A stretch of DNA of 64,000 nt. Source: an uncultured Methylomirabilota bacterium. GTDB taxonomy: Bacteria > Methylomirabilota > Methylomirabilia > Methylomirabilales > 2-02-FULL-66-22. Positions 51,169 to 60,692 of the stretch are shown piece after piece (positions within the stretch are counted from its first letter, which is position 1; each line of letters starts with the position of its first letter). A model generated the notes under the pieces. It did no database searches and was not told the origin of the DNA. It saw only the letters and a program-made list of their open reading frames with translations. The DNA is taken from assembly GCA_963845565.1 (NCBI GenBank), contig CAWJSJ010000002.1, positions 1,504,001-1,568,000 on the forward strand, read 5' to 3'. Both the position numbers and the translations under genes were made by a program.

Positions 51169-52494
51169 ATGGATGTCTTGACGGTTGGCTGGATCATGAT
51201 CGGGCTCCTGCTGGTCTTTATGGCCGCCGGTGTGCCGGTTGGCGTGACCTTCATTACCGCGGGACTCATCTGTAGCTACGTGCTCATGGGGGTCAAGGGC
51301 TCGCTGTCCATGCTGGGACAGGTGTCCTATCACTCCGTGGCCACCCCGACCTGGGTCTGCATCCCGCTCTTCATCCTGATGGGGGGGTTCGCCTCCATCG
51401 GCGGCTTCGCCCAGCGGGCCTACTACAGCATCAGCGTGCTGGCGGCCCGTCTGCCGGGGTCGCTGGCCATCGCCACCTGCTATGCCTGCGCCGCCTTCGG
51501 GGCCATGTCCGGCTCCTCCATCGCGACCACGGCCATCTTCGGGCGGCTGTCGCTGCCCGAGATGCAGAAGTACGGCTACGACACGCGCCTCTCGGTGGGG
51601 TGTATCGCCTCGGCGGGGACCTTCGCCTCGATGATCCCGCCCAGCATGATGTTCATCATCTACGCCATGTTCACCCAGACCAGCGTGGCCAAGCTGTTCG
51701 CGGCGGGGGTGGTGCCCGGATTGATGACCGCCACGGTGTACGCCATCTACATCGCCATCCTGGCGAAGCGAAAGCCCCAGGTGGCGCCGATGCCCCCCAA
51801 GGAGATCATGGACCTACCGGTGAGCCAGAAGCTCCGGATCGCCACCCGGATCTGGCCCATCGCGGTGATCGCGGTCCTGATGATGGGGGGGATGTACACC
51901 GGGATCTTCACCGCCACCGAGGCGGCGGCAGTCGGGGCCTTGCTCTCCCTGGTGTTCGGCATCGGCCTGCGGGAGATCACCGGCATGGGGATGGTGGTGA
52001 AGGCCATGAAGGACTCGGCCAACACCACGGCCATGCTCTTCCTGATCAACATCGGCGCCCTCTACTACAGTCGGATCCTGGCGATGACCCGCGTGCCCAC
52101 CATGATCACCGAGGCGCTCAGGGACTGGCAGGTGTCCCCGTTCGTCGTGCTCCTCGGGGTCATCGTGGTCATGTACTTCCTGGGCATGATCATGGTGCCG
52201 GTGGGGATCTACGCCCTGACCTTGCCCATCGCCTTCCCGCTCCTCGTCAGCTTGGGCTACGACCCGATCTGGTTCGGCGTCATCGCCCTGAAGCTGACGG
52301 AGATCGGCTGTCTCACGCCGCCGGTCGGCCTCAACGCCTTCGCCATGAAGGGCGTGGTGGGAAAAGAGATCTCCCTGGAAACCATCTTCAGCGGCTGTAT
52401 GCCGTTCATCGCGTTGGAGAGCGTCTGCCTGACCATTCTGGTCATGTTCCCCGGTCTCTCGACCTGGCTGCCGAATCTGCTGTTCGGGCAGTGA
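51169..52494 (+). CDS. dctM: TRAP transporter large permease
   Basis: Motifs IPLFILMG, FGAMSGSS, MIPPS, FTATEAAA, DPIWFG and TPPVGLN. Confidence 0.92.
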   Translation: MDVLTVGWIMIGLLLVFMAAGVPVGVTFITAGLICSYVLMGVKGSLSMLGQVSYHSVATPTWVCIPLFILMGGFASIGGFAQRAYYSISVLAARLPGSLAIATCYACAAFGAMSGSSIATTAIFGRLSLPEMQKYGYDTRLSVGCIASAGTFASMIPPSMMFIIYAMFTQTSVAKLFAAGVVPGLMTATVYAIYIAILAKRKPQVAPMPPKEIMDLPVSQKLRIATRIWPIAVIAVLMMGGMYTGIFTATEAAAVGALLSLVFGIGLREITGMGMVVKAMKDSANTTAMLFLINIGALYYSRILAMTRVPTMITEALRDWQVSPFVVLLGVIVVMYFLGMIMVPVGIYALTLPIAFPLLVSLGYDPIWFGVIALKLTEIGCLTPPVGLNAFAMKGVVGKEISLETIFSGCMPFIALESVCLTILVMFPGLSTWLPNLLFGQ

Positions 52495-52529
52495 GGCGTC
52501 GGGCCGAACGATCGTAAGGAGGAGCCGTC

Positions 52530-53894
52530 ATGCTGGACCTGTTAGTGAAGGGCGATGTGGTGCTCGGCCACGGCGTCGCACGGGACGGCGCTGTGGGGGT
52601 CGTTGATGGGAAGGTGGCAGGTCTATACGCCTCGCCGAGCGCGGCCCCGGCGGCTAAGGAGACCGTCGACGCGCAGGGATGTCTGATCTACCCCGGTATG
52701 GTGGACGTCCACGTCCACTGCCACAGCAACCAGGCCGAAACCATCGAACTGGCCACCCAGGCGGCGGCGGCCGGCGGCGTGACCACCATCCTGGACATGC
52801 CCTACGACATCGGCGCGCCGGTGAACACGGTGGAGATCTTTCGGGGCAAGGTGACGGAGATCCGCCGGGTCGCTCGGGTGGACGTGGCCATGCTGGCAAC
52901 GCTGCGAAAGCGCGCCGAGGCCGCGGAGGTGGAGCCGCTGGTGCGCGCGGGGGCCTGCGGCTTCAAGATGAGCGTCTACGAGACCGACCCCGACCGTTTT
53001 CCGCGCATCGACGACCACGTCCTCTGGCAGGTCCTGCCCGAGATCGCCCGCCATGGCGTGCCCGTCGGGTTCCACGGGGAGATCGACCTCATCATCGAGG
53101 ACCTGATCGCCCGGGCCAAGCAGGCCGGCCGGACGGATGCCATGGCCCACTACGAGACCCGGCCGCCCGCCAGCGAGACGCTCGCCATCCTGAAGCTCCT
53201 GGAGTTGGCCTACTGGACCAAGGTGAAGCTGCACATCTTCCACACCTCGCAGCCCCGCTCGGTGGAGATGGCCCAGTGGTTCAAGGCGCAGGGGGTGGAT
53301 GTCTCCGTCGAGACGTGTCCGCATTACCTCCTGCTGGACGCCGACCGAGACCTGCCGCGCGTCAAGGGCTTCGCCAAGATCAACCCCAGCATCCTCAAGC
53401 AGCGGGAGCGGGACGGGCTGTGGGAACATCTGCTGGCGGGGCGGGTGGACATCATCGCGTCCGACCACGCGCCGTGGCTGCCGGATCGAAAGACCAAGGC
53501 CAACATCTTCGAGAACGCCTCCGGGGCGCCGGGGCTGGAGACGAGCCTTCCCTTGATGCACGATGCCTTGGTGGTGAAGCGGAAGCAGGACCCGTCCCTC
53601 GTGGCCCGGCTCTTGTGCGGCAACCCGGCGAAGCGCTTCGGCCTGGGCGCCCGCAAGGGGCGGATCGCGCTGGGGGCCGATGCGGACTTTGCCATCCTGG
53701 ATCCCCGGCAGTCGTTCACCGTCGAGGCGAAGAAGAGCTACTCCTCGGCCAAGTGGTCCCCGTACGACGGCTGGATCGCACAGGGGCGGCTGGTCCGCAC
53801 CATTCTGCGCGGGCAAACGATCTATGACGGTGAGAAGGTCGTGGCGCCGGCAGGATGCGGCCAGTTCTTGCCGGGCCCGGGTCTTGCGGGTTAA
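52530..53894 (+). CDS. Cyclic amidohydrolase (allantoinase / dihydroorotase / hydantoinase-like)
   Basis: Motifs PGMVDVHVH, AAAGGVTT..DMP, GFK (carbamylated Lys), FHGE, HIFH, ETCPHYL, SDHAP and WSPYDG. Confidence 0.88.
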   Translation: MLDLLVKGDVVLGHGVARDGAVGVVDGKVAGLYASPSAAPAAKETVDAQGCLIYPGMVDVHVHCHSNQAETIELATQAAAAGGVTTILDMPYDIGAPVNTVEIFRGKVTEIRRVARVDVAMLATLRKRAEAAEVEPLVRAGACGFKMSVYETDPDRFPRIDDHVLWQVLPEIARHGVPVGFHGEIDLIIEDLIARAKQAGRTDAMAHYETRPPASETLAILKLLELAYWTKVKLHIFHTSQPRSVEMAQWFKAQGVDVSVETCPHYLLLDADRDLPRVKGFAKINPSILKQRERDGLWEHLLAGRVDIIASDHAPWLPDRKTKANIFENASGAPGLETSLPLMHDALVVKRKQDPSLVARLLCGNPAKRFGLGARKGRIALGADADFAILDPRQSFTVEAKKSYSSAKWSPYDGWIAQGRLVRTILRGQTIYDGEKVVAPAGCGQFLPGPGLAG

Positions 53895-53900
53895 GCCTGA

Positions 53901-54068
53901 GAGCAGGGGCGCAGGGGAGCAGAGGCGACAAGGAGATGGGGTGAGGTGGTGACAAAGTGCGGGGGAGAGCCGGGATTCGTGAAGCGGAGCCCCGTCTCCA
54001 CGTCTGACGACTCACGTTTCACGCCTCACGAACCTCGAACATCGAACCGACAACCGTGAACCTCGAAC
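53901..54068. repeat. Mosaic short tandem repeats (8-mer GCAGGGGN, 7-mer (C/T)TCACGN, 7-mer ACCTCGA)
   Basis: gcaggggc-gcagggga-gcagaggc; ctcacgt-ttcacgc-ctcacga; acctcga-acatcga-accgaca-accgtga-acctcga. Confidence 0.7.
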
Positions 54069-54092
54069 GGTCCTCTTGTGCGTGAGGAAACG

Positions 54093-55322
54093 ATGATTCC
54101 CAGGATCGACGGCGACCGCCTGTGGGCGGACCTGATGGCGCTCGGAGAGATCGGCTACGCAGAGGGGCGAGGCGTGACGCGCACCGCGCTCTCCGAGGCC
54201 GACCTGGCCGGAAAGGCCTGGCTGGTCCGCAAGTTCGAGGAGGCCGGCCTCACCGTCACCACCGACCCGGCGTACAACGTGATCGGACGTCTTCCCTGCG
54301 GTACGTCCGGCGCGGGGCTGGTGGCCGTGGGCTCGCACCTGGACACGGTGCCCCAGGGGGGGAAGTTCGATGGGATGCTGGGCGTCCTGGCTGGGCTGGA
54401 GTGCGTCCGGACGATTCGGGAGCACGGGATCGACCTCCCCTGGAACCTTGAGGTCATCAACTTCACCGACGAGGAGGCCGCGCACAATGCCGGCACGGTG
54501 GGCAGCCGGGCCATGCTGGGCCTCTTGGAGGGCGGGGAGCTGGAGAAGAGCGTGAAGGCGGGTCGGCCCTCGTTCGCCGAGGATTTGCGGAGAGCCGGCA
54601 AGGATCCTGCGCGGATCGGCGCGGCGCGGCGCGATCCCAGGGAGTTCGCCTCGTACCTGGAGCTCCACATCGAACAGGGGCGGCGCCTGGAGAGCGAAGG
54701 GGTCCAGATCGGGGCGGTGACGGCCATCGTGGGGATCTACCGGTACCTGGTGACCGTGGAGGGGGAGGCATCGCACGCCGGGACGACCCCCATGGCCCTC
54801 CGGGACGACGCCCTGGTCAAGGCTGCGCCGGTCTTCACGCTGCTCCCCGCGTGGGTGCGGGAGCGCAACCCCGAGATGGTCGGGACCATCGGCCAGGTGG
54901 AACTTCACCCGGGAGCCACCAATGTGGTCCCGGGCCGCTGCAAATTCGTGGTCGAAGTCCGCTCCCAGGAAAAGGCCGACATGATCCACATTCGCGAAGT
55001 CCTCAAGGGTTACGTCGCCGAACGCGGGGGCTGGCGGGTGGAGACGATTCTGGAGAAGGAGGGGACTCCGTGCGCCGAGCCTCTCATCCAGGCGGTGGAA
55101 ACTGCAGCAGCCGCGGAGGGGCTCTCCTGCATCCGGATGCCGAGTGGCGCCGGACACGACGCCCAGAGCTTCGCTGCCGCCGGCGTACCCACGGGGATGA
55201 TCTTCACCCCGTGCCGCCGCGGGATGAGCCACAGCCCCGAGGAGTGGATCGAGCCCGCACAGGCCGCGCAGGGCTGCCAGGTGCTCTTGCGAGCCTTGCT
55301 TAGCCAGGCGGGAGCCGCGTAG
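54093..55322 (+). CDS. M20 family Zn-dependent hydrolase (N-carbamoyl-amino-acid hydrolase / allantoate amidohydrolase-like)
   Basis: Motifs GSHLDTVPQGGKFDG.LGV, FTDEE, ELHIEQG, HAGTTPM, SGAGHDA and SHSPEE. Confidence 0.92.
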   Translation: MIPRIDGDRLWADLMALGEIGYAEGRGVTRTALSEADLAGKAWLVRKFEEAGLTVTTDPAYNVIGRLPCGTSGAGLVAVGSHLDTVPQGGKFDGMLGVLAGLECVRTIREHGIDLPWNLEVINFTDEEAAHNAGTVGSRAMLGLLEGGELEKSVKAGRPSFAEDLRRAGKDPARIGAARRDPREFASYLELHIEQGRRLESEGVQIGAVTAIVGIYRYLVTVEGEASHAGTTPMALRDDALVKAAPVFTLLPAWVRERNPEMVGTIGQVELHPGATNVVPGRCKFVVEVRSQEKADMIHIREVLKGYVAERGGWRVETILEKEGTPCAEPLIQAVETAAAAEGLSCIRMPSGAGHDAQSFAAAGVPTGMIFTPCRRGMSHSPEEWIEPAQAAQGCQVLLRALLSQAGAA

Positions 55323-55324
55323 GC

Positions 55325-55467
55325 GGCCACTGAAAACGGGCCATCTGCGGAGACCCATCCTGCGGATTGGTACCCCGCCCGCTCGGACACTCGTTGCGGC
55401 GTACCGCCCAGTACGCCTCACTCGGCCCTGCGCTTGCCGCCTGGCATCTGGGCCGTTTTGAGCGGCC
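55325..55467. repeat. Repeat family A copy 5 (diverged)
   Basis: GGCCACTGAAAACGGGCCATCTGC...GCATCTGGGCCGTTTTGAGCGGCC, 2 bp after a TAG stop. Confidence 0.85.
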
Positions 55468-55487
55468 TCTAAGTGGGGAATGGGGAT

Positions 55488-56153
55488 ATGGACGCGATCG
55501 GGATCATCACACTGGGACAGACGCCGCGGCCGGACCTGGAAAAGGTCTTTCGGCGGCACCTGCCAGACACGAATTTCCTGATCCGGGGCGGGCTGGACGA
55601 CGTCCAGACGGCGGAGATTGACGCGCTGGCTGCCGCGGGCGGCGAGTACCCGCTGTTTGTCATCCTGCGGGACGGCACCGTCCGCGAGATCTCCCTCTAC
55701 AGGCTCAAGCCCTTCCTGGACCGGCGAGCCCGCGAGGTGGCGGCCGAGGGGGCCGCGGTCTCCGCCCTCATGTGCGCGGGCAACTTCCCGGACCTGGACA
55801 GCCCGGTCCCCATGATCTACCCGTCGCGCGTCCTCACGGCGGTGGCCCGGGGGATCTGCCGGGGGAATCGCATCGGCGTGGTCACGCCCAATGATGGGCA
55901 GGTGGCCGCGGCCACGGCCCACTGGCGCGAGAAAGGGTTCCATCCTGCGGTGACGGTGGCCTCCCCCCTCGACCCGGCGGCGCTGTCCCGGGCCGCCGAG
56001 GCCTTGGCCGATCCCGGCCTGGAGCTGATCGTCCTGGACTGCATGGGATTTTCGCCCGAGGCGGCCCGTCGGATGCGGACGCTGTGCGGCCGGCCCGTCC
56101 TCTGTCCCCAAGGGCTCGTTCCCCGGGTCATGGCCGAGATGCTGGGGGTATAA
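55488..56153 (+). CDS. AroM family protein (Asp/Glu/hydantoin racemase-like fold)
   Basis: Motifs ITLGQTPRPD, GGLDD, LRDG, MCAGNFP, ASP and IVLDCMGF. Confidence 0.85.
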   Translation: MDAIGIITLGQTPRPDLEKVFRRHLPDTNFLIRGGLDDVQTAEIDALAAAGGEYPLFVILRDGTVREISLYRLKPFLDRRAREVAAEGAAVSALMCAGNFPDLDSPVPMIYPSRVLTAVARGICRGNRIGVVTPNDGQVAAATAHWREKGFHPAVTVASPLDPAALSRAAEALADPGLELIVLDCMGFSPEAARRMRTLCGRPVLCPQGLVPRVMAEMLGV

Positions 56154-56155
56154 CC

Positions 56156-57718
56156 ATGGCGACCGAACAGGGTGCGGCGGGGCAACTCCTGCTCCGCGGG
56201 AAGTATCTTCTCACCGATGCGCGCCTCAAGACCCAGGGCCTCATCCCGGACGGCGGGATGTTGATTACGGGGGATCGCATTGCCGCCACGGGATCCTTTG
56301 CCGACCTCGCCAGGCAGCACCCACGGGCGCGGGTGGTCGGCGACGGGAGCCATCTCCTCCTGCCGGGCCTGGCGGACGCCCACTGCCACGGGCGCGGCCT
56401 CTCCCCCATCCAGAAGGGAGTCCCCACCGATTTCCTCGAGAACGCCCTGTTCGATTGGGCGGTGATGCCGCTCCTGCCGCCGGAGCTCACGGCGGCGCTG
56501 TGCGCGCTGCGGCACATTCGGAGCGGCTGCACGCTGCTGCACCACAACGGCTTCGACGACGACGGACCGGCCGCCGCGCGGCGGGCCGAGACGGCCATCC
56601 GCACCTACCTGTCCACGGGCATCCGTCTGGCGTTCTCGCCGGCGATCCGGGACGAGAGCCGGCTGGCCCTGGACGAGGAGGGATTTCTCGCCACACTGCC
56701 GCCCGACCTGCAGGCCTGGGCGGCCCCCATGGTCCGGTACGACAAGCGGCAGGCCGTGGAGGAGTACTTCGCCCTCTTCGACGACCTCTACGCGCGCTAC
56801 AACGGGCCGGATACACGGGTGCTGCTTGCGCCATCCTGGGCCCACGGCGCCACGGACGATTTCCTGCGCCGCGTGCGCGCCCGCTCCGACGCGCTCGGCG
56901 GCGTGCCCATCCACATGCATCTCTTGCAGACGCCGATCCAGAAGGCCTACGGCCTGCGACGGCGAGGCCGCTCCACCCTGGAGTGGCTGGACGGGCTGGG
57001 CCTGGTGGACCGGCAAGTGGTCTATGGCCATGCCATCCACGTCACCGCACGGGACATCGCGCTGATGGGGCGGCGAGGGACGTGCGTCACGAACCATCCG
57101 AGCTGCAACCTGCACATGCGCAACGGGATCGCGCCGGTGGTGCCGATGCGGGCGGCGGGGGTCACCGTCGCCATGGGCATGGACGACAAGACGATCAACG
57201 ACGATGAGGACGCGGTGATGGAGGTGCGCATGCTGCACAAGCTGCACCGCGTCCACACCTTCGAGCTGACCGCGCCCGCCCTCGACGCCTACGAGGCGAT
57301 CGAGATGGCCACGGTCAACGGTGCCAGGGCCTGCGGCTTCGCGGGGGAGACGGGTGCCCTCCTGCCGGGAATGAAGGCGGATGCGATCCTGGTGGACCTG
57401 GGGCGCGTGGAGCGGGACCCCTGGATTCACCCGGGGCTGGACCCGGTCGAGGGGTTCGTCCAGCGGGCGATGGGTGAGGACGTGCGGACGGTTGTCATCG
57501 GGGGCCGGGTCGTGATGGAGGACCGCCGCATCCTGTCCATTGATGTGGAGACGCTGCACCGCGATGTGCGGGAGGTCTGCAGCCGGCCGCTTCCCCCCGA
57601 GCAGGCGGCGCGGGCCGCGATGCTTCTCCGGATCAAGCCCTACATGCAGGCCTGGTACCGCACCTGGCACGAGGGGATGGTCGCGGCGCCGTACTACGCG
57701 GTGAACAGCCGGGAGTAA
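56156..57718 (+). CDS. Amidohydrolase (SsnA/TRZ-ATZ/guanine-deaminase-like)
   Basis: Motifs PGLADAHCH, IHMHL, YGHAIH, NHPSCNL, GMDD, MATVNGA and G.L.PG.KAD. Confidence 0.85.
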   Translation: MATEQGAAGQLLLRGKYLLTDARLKTQGLIPDGGMLITGDRIAATGSFADLARQHPRARVVGDGSHLLLPGLADAHCHGRGLSPIQKGVPTDFLENALFDWAVMPLLPPELTAALCALRHIRSGCTLLHHNGFDDDGPAAARRAETAIRTYLSTGIRLAFSPAIRDESRLALDEEGFLATLPPDLQAWAAPMVRYDKRQAVEEYFALFDDLYARYNGPDTRVLLAPSWAHGATDDFLRRVRARSDALGGVPIHMHLLQTPIQKAYGLRRRGRSTLEWLDGLGLVDRQVVYGHAIHVTARDIALMGRRGTCVTNHPSCNLHMRNGIAPVVPMRAAGVTVAMGMDDKTINDDEDAVMEVRMLHKLHRVHTFELTAPALDAYEAIEMATVNGARACGFAGETGALLPGMKADAILVDLGRVERDPWIHPGLDPVEGFVQRAMGEDVRTVVIGGRVVMEDRRILSIDVETLHRDVREVCSRPLPPEQAARAAMLLRIKPYMQAWYRTWHEGMVAAPYYAVNSRE

Positions 57719-57731
57719 CGGGGGCAGCTGC

Positions 57732-58337
57732 ATGGAACTCCGCATCGCCGAACTGGAGCAAAAGACCCGCTACAAGCTGCTCATCGGCCTGGTCTACCCC
57801 AGGCCCATCGCCCTCGTCTCGACGGTCAATGCCAACGGGGTCCTGAACGCCGCGCCCTTCTCCTTCTTCAACGTGGTGGCGGACGAGCCGCCGCTGGTCC
57901 TGCTCAGCTTCAACCGGCGCAGCGACGGGACGATGAAGGATACGGTGAAGAATATCCGGCGGACCGGGGAGTTCGTGGTGAACCTGGTGGACGAGCCGAT
58001 CGCCAACGCGATGCTGCTGAGCGGACAGGAACTACCCGAGACGGAGAGCGAGTTCGCCGCGGCAGGATTCACTCCGGCCGCCTCGGCGGTGGTTGCACCG
58101 CCCCGGATCCGAGAGGCCCCCGCCAGCTTGGAATGCCGGGTGATGCAGCGGATCGAATACGGGGTGGGCCGGGAAATCCTCCTGGGGGAGGTGGTCCATG
58201 TGCACGTCCGGGACGGCCTCATCGACCCCGCGACCTGGCGCGTGAGCGACGCCTACCGACCGATCGGCCGCCTGTACGGAGACCGCTACTGCACGACCCG
58301 CCAGCGCTTCGACCTCCCCGGGCCGATTCCCGAGTAG
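57732..58337 (+). CDS. Flavin reductase-like family protein
   Basis: Motifs PRPIALVST, NAAPFSFF, KDT..NI..TGEFVVN, LEC and IGRL.G. Confidence 0.9.
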   Translation: MELRIAELEQKTRYKLLIGLVYPRPIALVSTVNANGVLNAAPFSFFNVVADEPPLVLLSFNRRSDGTMKDTVKNIRRTGEFVVNLVDEPIANAMLLSGQELPETESEFAAAGFTPAASAVVAPPRIREAPASLECRVMQRIEYGVGREILLGEVVHVHVRDGLIDPATWRVSDAYRPIGRLYGDRYCTTRQRFDLPGPIPE

Positions 58338-58598
58338 GGGGCGGCGGGATCGAGCCGCACAACGGGCACAGTCGCACGGGCCCCGCGATCCGAACGGCTC
58401 GCCGACGCCGGGGCGCCGCCCCCCGCATTTTCCGGTTAAGTTCATCCCGATTTTGGCCGAAAGGACAGGTAGGGTCGGTGTGCACCGTGGCGGGCACAGT
58501 CTGACCGCACGCGGATCGGGGTGGCGCCCGGGGATGTCCTCCCCGGCCCTCCCGGCGGAGCGGTCATGAAGGACGCGATTCAGGAGGGCCGGCGGGGA

Positions 58599-59882
58599 AT
58601 GGCGACGGAGAGCAAGACCAGGCATCGGCTGCTCGCGGTGGACGACGACGAGACGATCCGCACGATGCTGAAGGACTTTTTCGAGGGCGCCGGCTACGCG
58701 GTGGACACGGCGCAGGATGCCGGCGAGGCGCTCCAGCGGCTGTCGCAGGACTACGACGTGATCCTGTCGGACGTCATGATGCCCAAGGTCAGCGGGATCG
58801 ATCTGCTCCAGCAGGTGCGCACCAAGAAGCCAAAGGCACTGGTTTTCCTGATCACCGCCTCCCCCTCGCTGGAGACCCTGAGCGCCGCCAAGCGGTACGG
58901 GGCCATGGCCTACTTCAAGAAGCCGTTGAAGCTGATGGAGATGGAGGCGCGTATCCGGGGTTTCCTCGAGGCGTCACCGGGGACCCTGGTGGACGGCCGC
59001 GTCCTGGTGGTGGGGCAGGAGCTACACAGCCGCTTCGCGGACCGCCTGGTTCGATTTCAGGCCTGCGCCTGCGGGTTGGAGGAGCCCGTATTCCTCGGCG
59101 CCGTCGACGAACAGCGCCCTAAGGCGATCCTGGCGGACGCGGGCGCACCCGCCACGCCGGGCCTGCTCCGGGCCTACCGCCGCCTTGGACGCGAGGCGAA
59201 CAGCTTCCTCCTGGTGAGCGACGAGGCGGCTCTGGATGCGGCCAACGAGCTGCTCTTTAGCCAGGGGGCGGCGGCATGCATCCCCGCTGCGGCCACACGC
59301 GAGGTGGTGGAGCGATGCATCAAGGATGCGGTGGACCTCCGGGAGCGACAGAAGCTCGACCAGCAGGGCAAAGTGGAAGAGGTCACCAACAAGTGCATGT
59401 TCGCCAAGGCGTACCGGAACGGGTATTACTGCCTGAAGCAGGGCGCCTGTCCGAACGGTGCCTTTCAGGCGGGCTGGATTTCCATCGAGGGGAAAGAGCA
59501 TTACAAGTGCGCGAAGCGGCCGCTCCTGGTGACCTCGCTGGACCAGGTGGGGTTCTCGACGTGGACCGGGAGGATCGACCCGACCCAGGCCCTGGAGCTT
59601 CGCAAGCAGCTTTTTGCGCTGGTGCGCGAGCGGAAGCTGGAGCTGATCGTCGACGCCCAGGGACTGGCGGCGGCCACCTACAACCTGTTCGAGGTGCTCT
59701 CGGATGTGTACTCGGAGCTGGTGAAGAGCTATCCCGAGGGAGTCGTCCACGTCATCAACCTGACCCCCGCCCTCCAGGAGGAGTTCCGCAAGGCGATGAT
59801 CAACAAAGGGGTCCGGTTCTACGGGGTGCGCATGGTGGACGAGGGAAGCACCTTCGAGCGGTGGGGGACGCGCTTCGACTGA
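58599..59882 (+). CDS. Response regulator: N-terminal REC domain, Cys-rich segment and C-terminal STAS-like domain
   Basis: LLAVDDD, SDVMMP..SG, LIT and KKP in the REC domain; C-x11-C-x5-C-x19-C; GRID...LIVDAQGL...VINLTP. Start could be 58566. Confidence 0.75.
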   Translation: MATESKTRHRLLAVDDDETIRTMLKDFFEGAGYAVDTAQDAGEALQRLSQDYDVILSDVMMPKVSGIDLLQQVRTKKPKALVFLITASPSLETLSAAKRYGAMAYFKKPLKLMEMEARIRGFLEASPGTLVDGRVLVVGQELHSRFADRLVRFQACACGLEEPVFLGAVDEQRPKAILADAGAPATPGLLRAYRRLGREANSFLLVSDEAALDAANELLFSQGAAACIPAAATREVVERCIKDAVDLRERQKLDQQGKVEEVTNKCMFAKAYRNGYYCLKQGACPNGAFQAGWISIEGKEHYKCAKRPLLVTSLDQVGFSTWTGRIDPTQALELRKQLFALVRERKLELIVDAQGLAAATYNLFEVLSDVYSELVKSYPEGVVHVINLTPALQEEFRKAMINKGVRFYGVRMVDEGSTFERWGTRFD

Positions 59883-59900
59883 CGCCAGTCTTCCCGCCAA

Positions 59901-60692
59901 TCAGATCATCGTGCGGTGGAGTCCCCCATCCGTCAGCACCAGGCTGCCCGTGATGTAGCTCGCCCGCTCGGACGCCAGGAACGCCACCGCATCGGCGACT
60001 TCCTCGGGCCGCCCCATGCGCTTCAGCGGAATCGCGCCGGTCGCCTCGCGCTCCGCCTCTGCGACCGAGACCCCCTTCGCGCGGGCGGCATCCTGGAGCA
60101 GCCGCGTCTGCCGCTCCGTCAGGATCGGTCCGGGGCAGACGGTCGTCACCAGGATGTTGTGAGGCGCCTCCGCATCGGCCAGGGCCTTCATCACGTTCAG
60201 GATACCGGCGTTATTCAAGCCCACGGGCATGGTGAGGGGGCTCGGCTGCAAGCCCGCCAGACCGGCGACGTTCACGATCCGCCCCCAGCCGTTCCGGCGC
60301 AGGTGGGGCAGGACCAGCCGGGCCATGCGGAGATAGCCGAAGAGTTTGAGCTTCAGGTTCTCCAGCCAGAGCTCCTCCGTCAAATCGTCAAAGGGGATCC
60401 CCCGCGCGGCGCCGGCGTTGTTCACCAGGATGTCAATCCTGCCCCACGCGGCCGCGGCGGCTTCCACCACGCGCTCGGCCGCGGCCGTGTCGGTCAGGTC
60501 CGCCTCGATGGCCAGGACGCGTCCGCTCCCCAGTGCCTCCAGCGTGCGCTGCGCCTCGGAAAGCGAGTCGCGGTTCCGCGCGCACAGCGCGACACTCGCC
60601 CCCTCGCGGCACAGCCGCTCCGCCACCGCGCGACCGATACCACGACTCCCGCCGGTGACGATCGCCACTCGCCCCGCTATCCCGAGATCCAT
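59901..60692 (-). CDS. SDR family oxidoreductase
   Basis: Motifs TGGSRGIG, DILVNNAG, CPG.I.T, IPLKRMGRPEEVA and SYITG. The canonical YxxxK is not present. Confidence 0.9.
   Translation of the reverse strand: MDLGIAGRVAIVTGGSRGIGRAVAERLCREGASVALCARNRDSLSEAQRTLEALGSGRVLAIEADLTDTAAAERVVEAAAAAWGRIDILVNNAGAARGIPFDDLTEELWLENLKLKLFGYLRMARLVLPHLRRNGWGRIVNVAGLAGLQPSPLTMPVGLNNAGILNVMKALADAEAPHNILVTTVCPGPILTERQTRLLQDAARAKGVSVAEAEREATGAIPLKRMGRPEEVADAVAFLASERASYITGSLVLTDGGLHRTMI

Noticed and set aside
2960..55467. CRISPR array interpretation of the repeats
   Set aside because: Copies are dispersed, there is no repeat-spacer periodicity and no cas genes are present.
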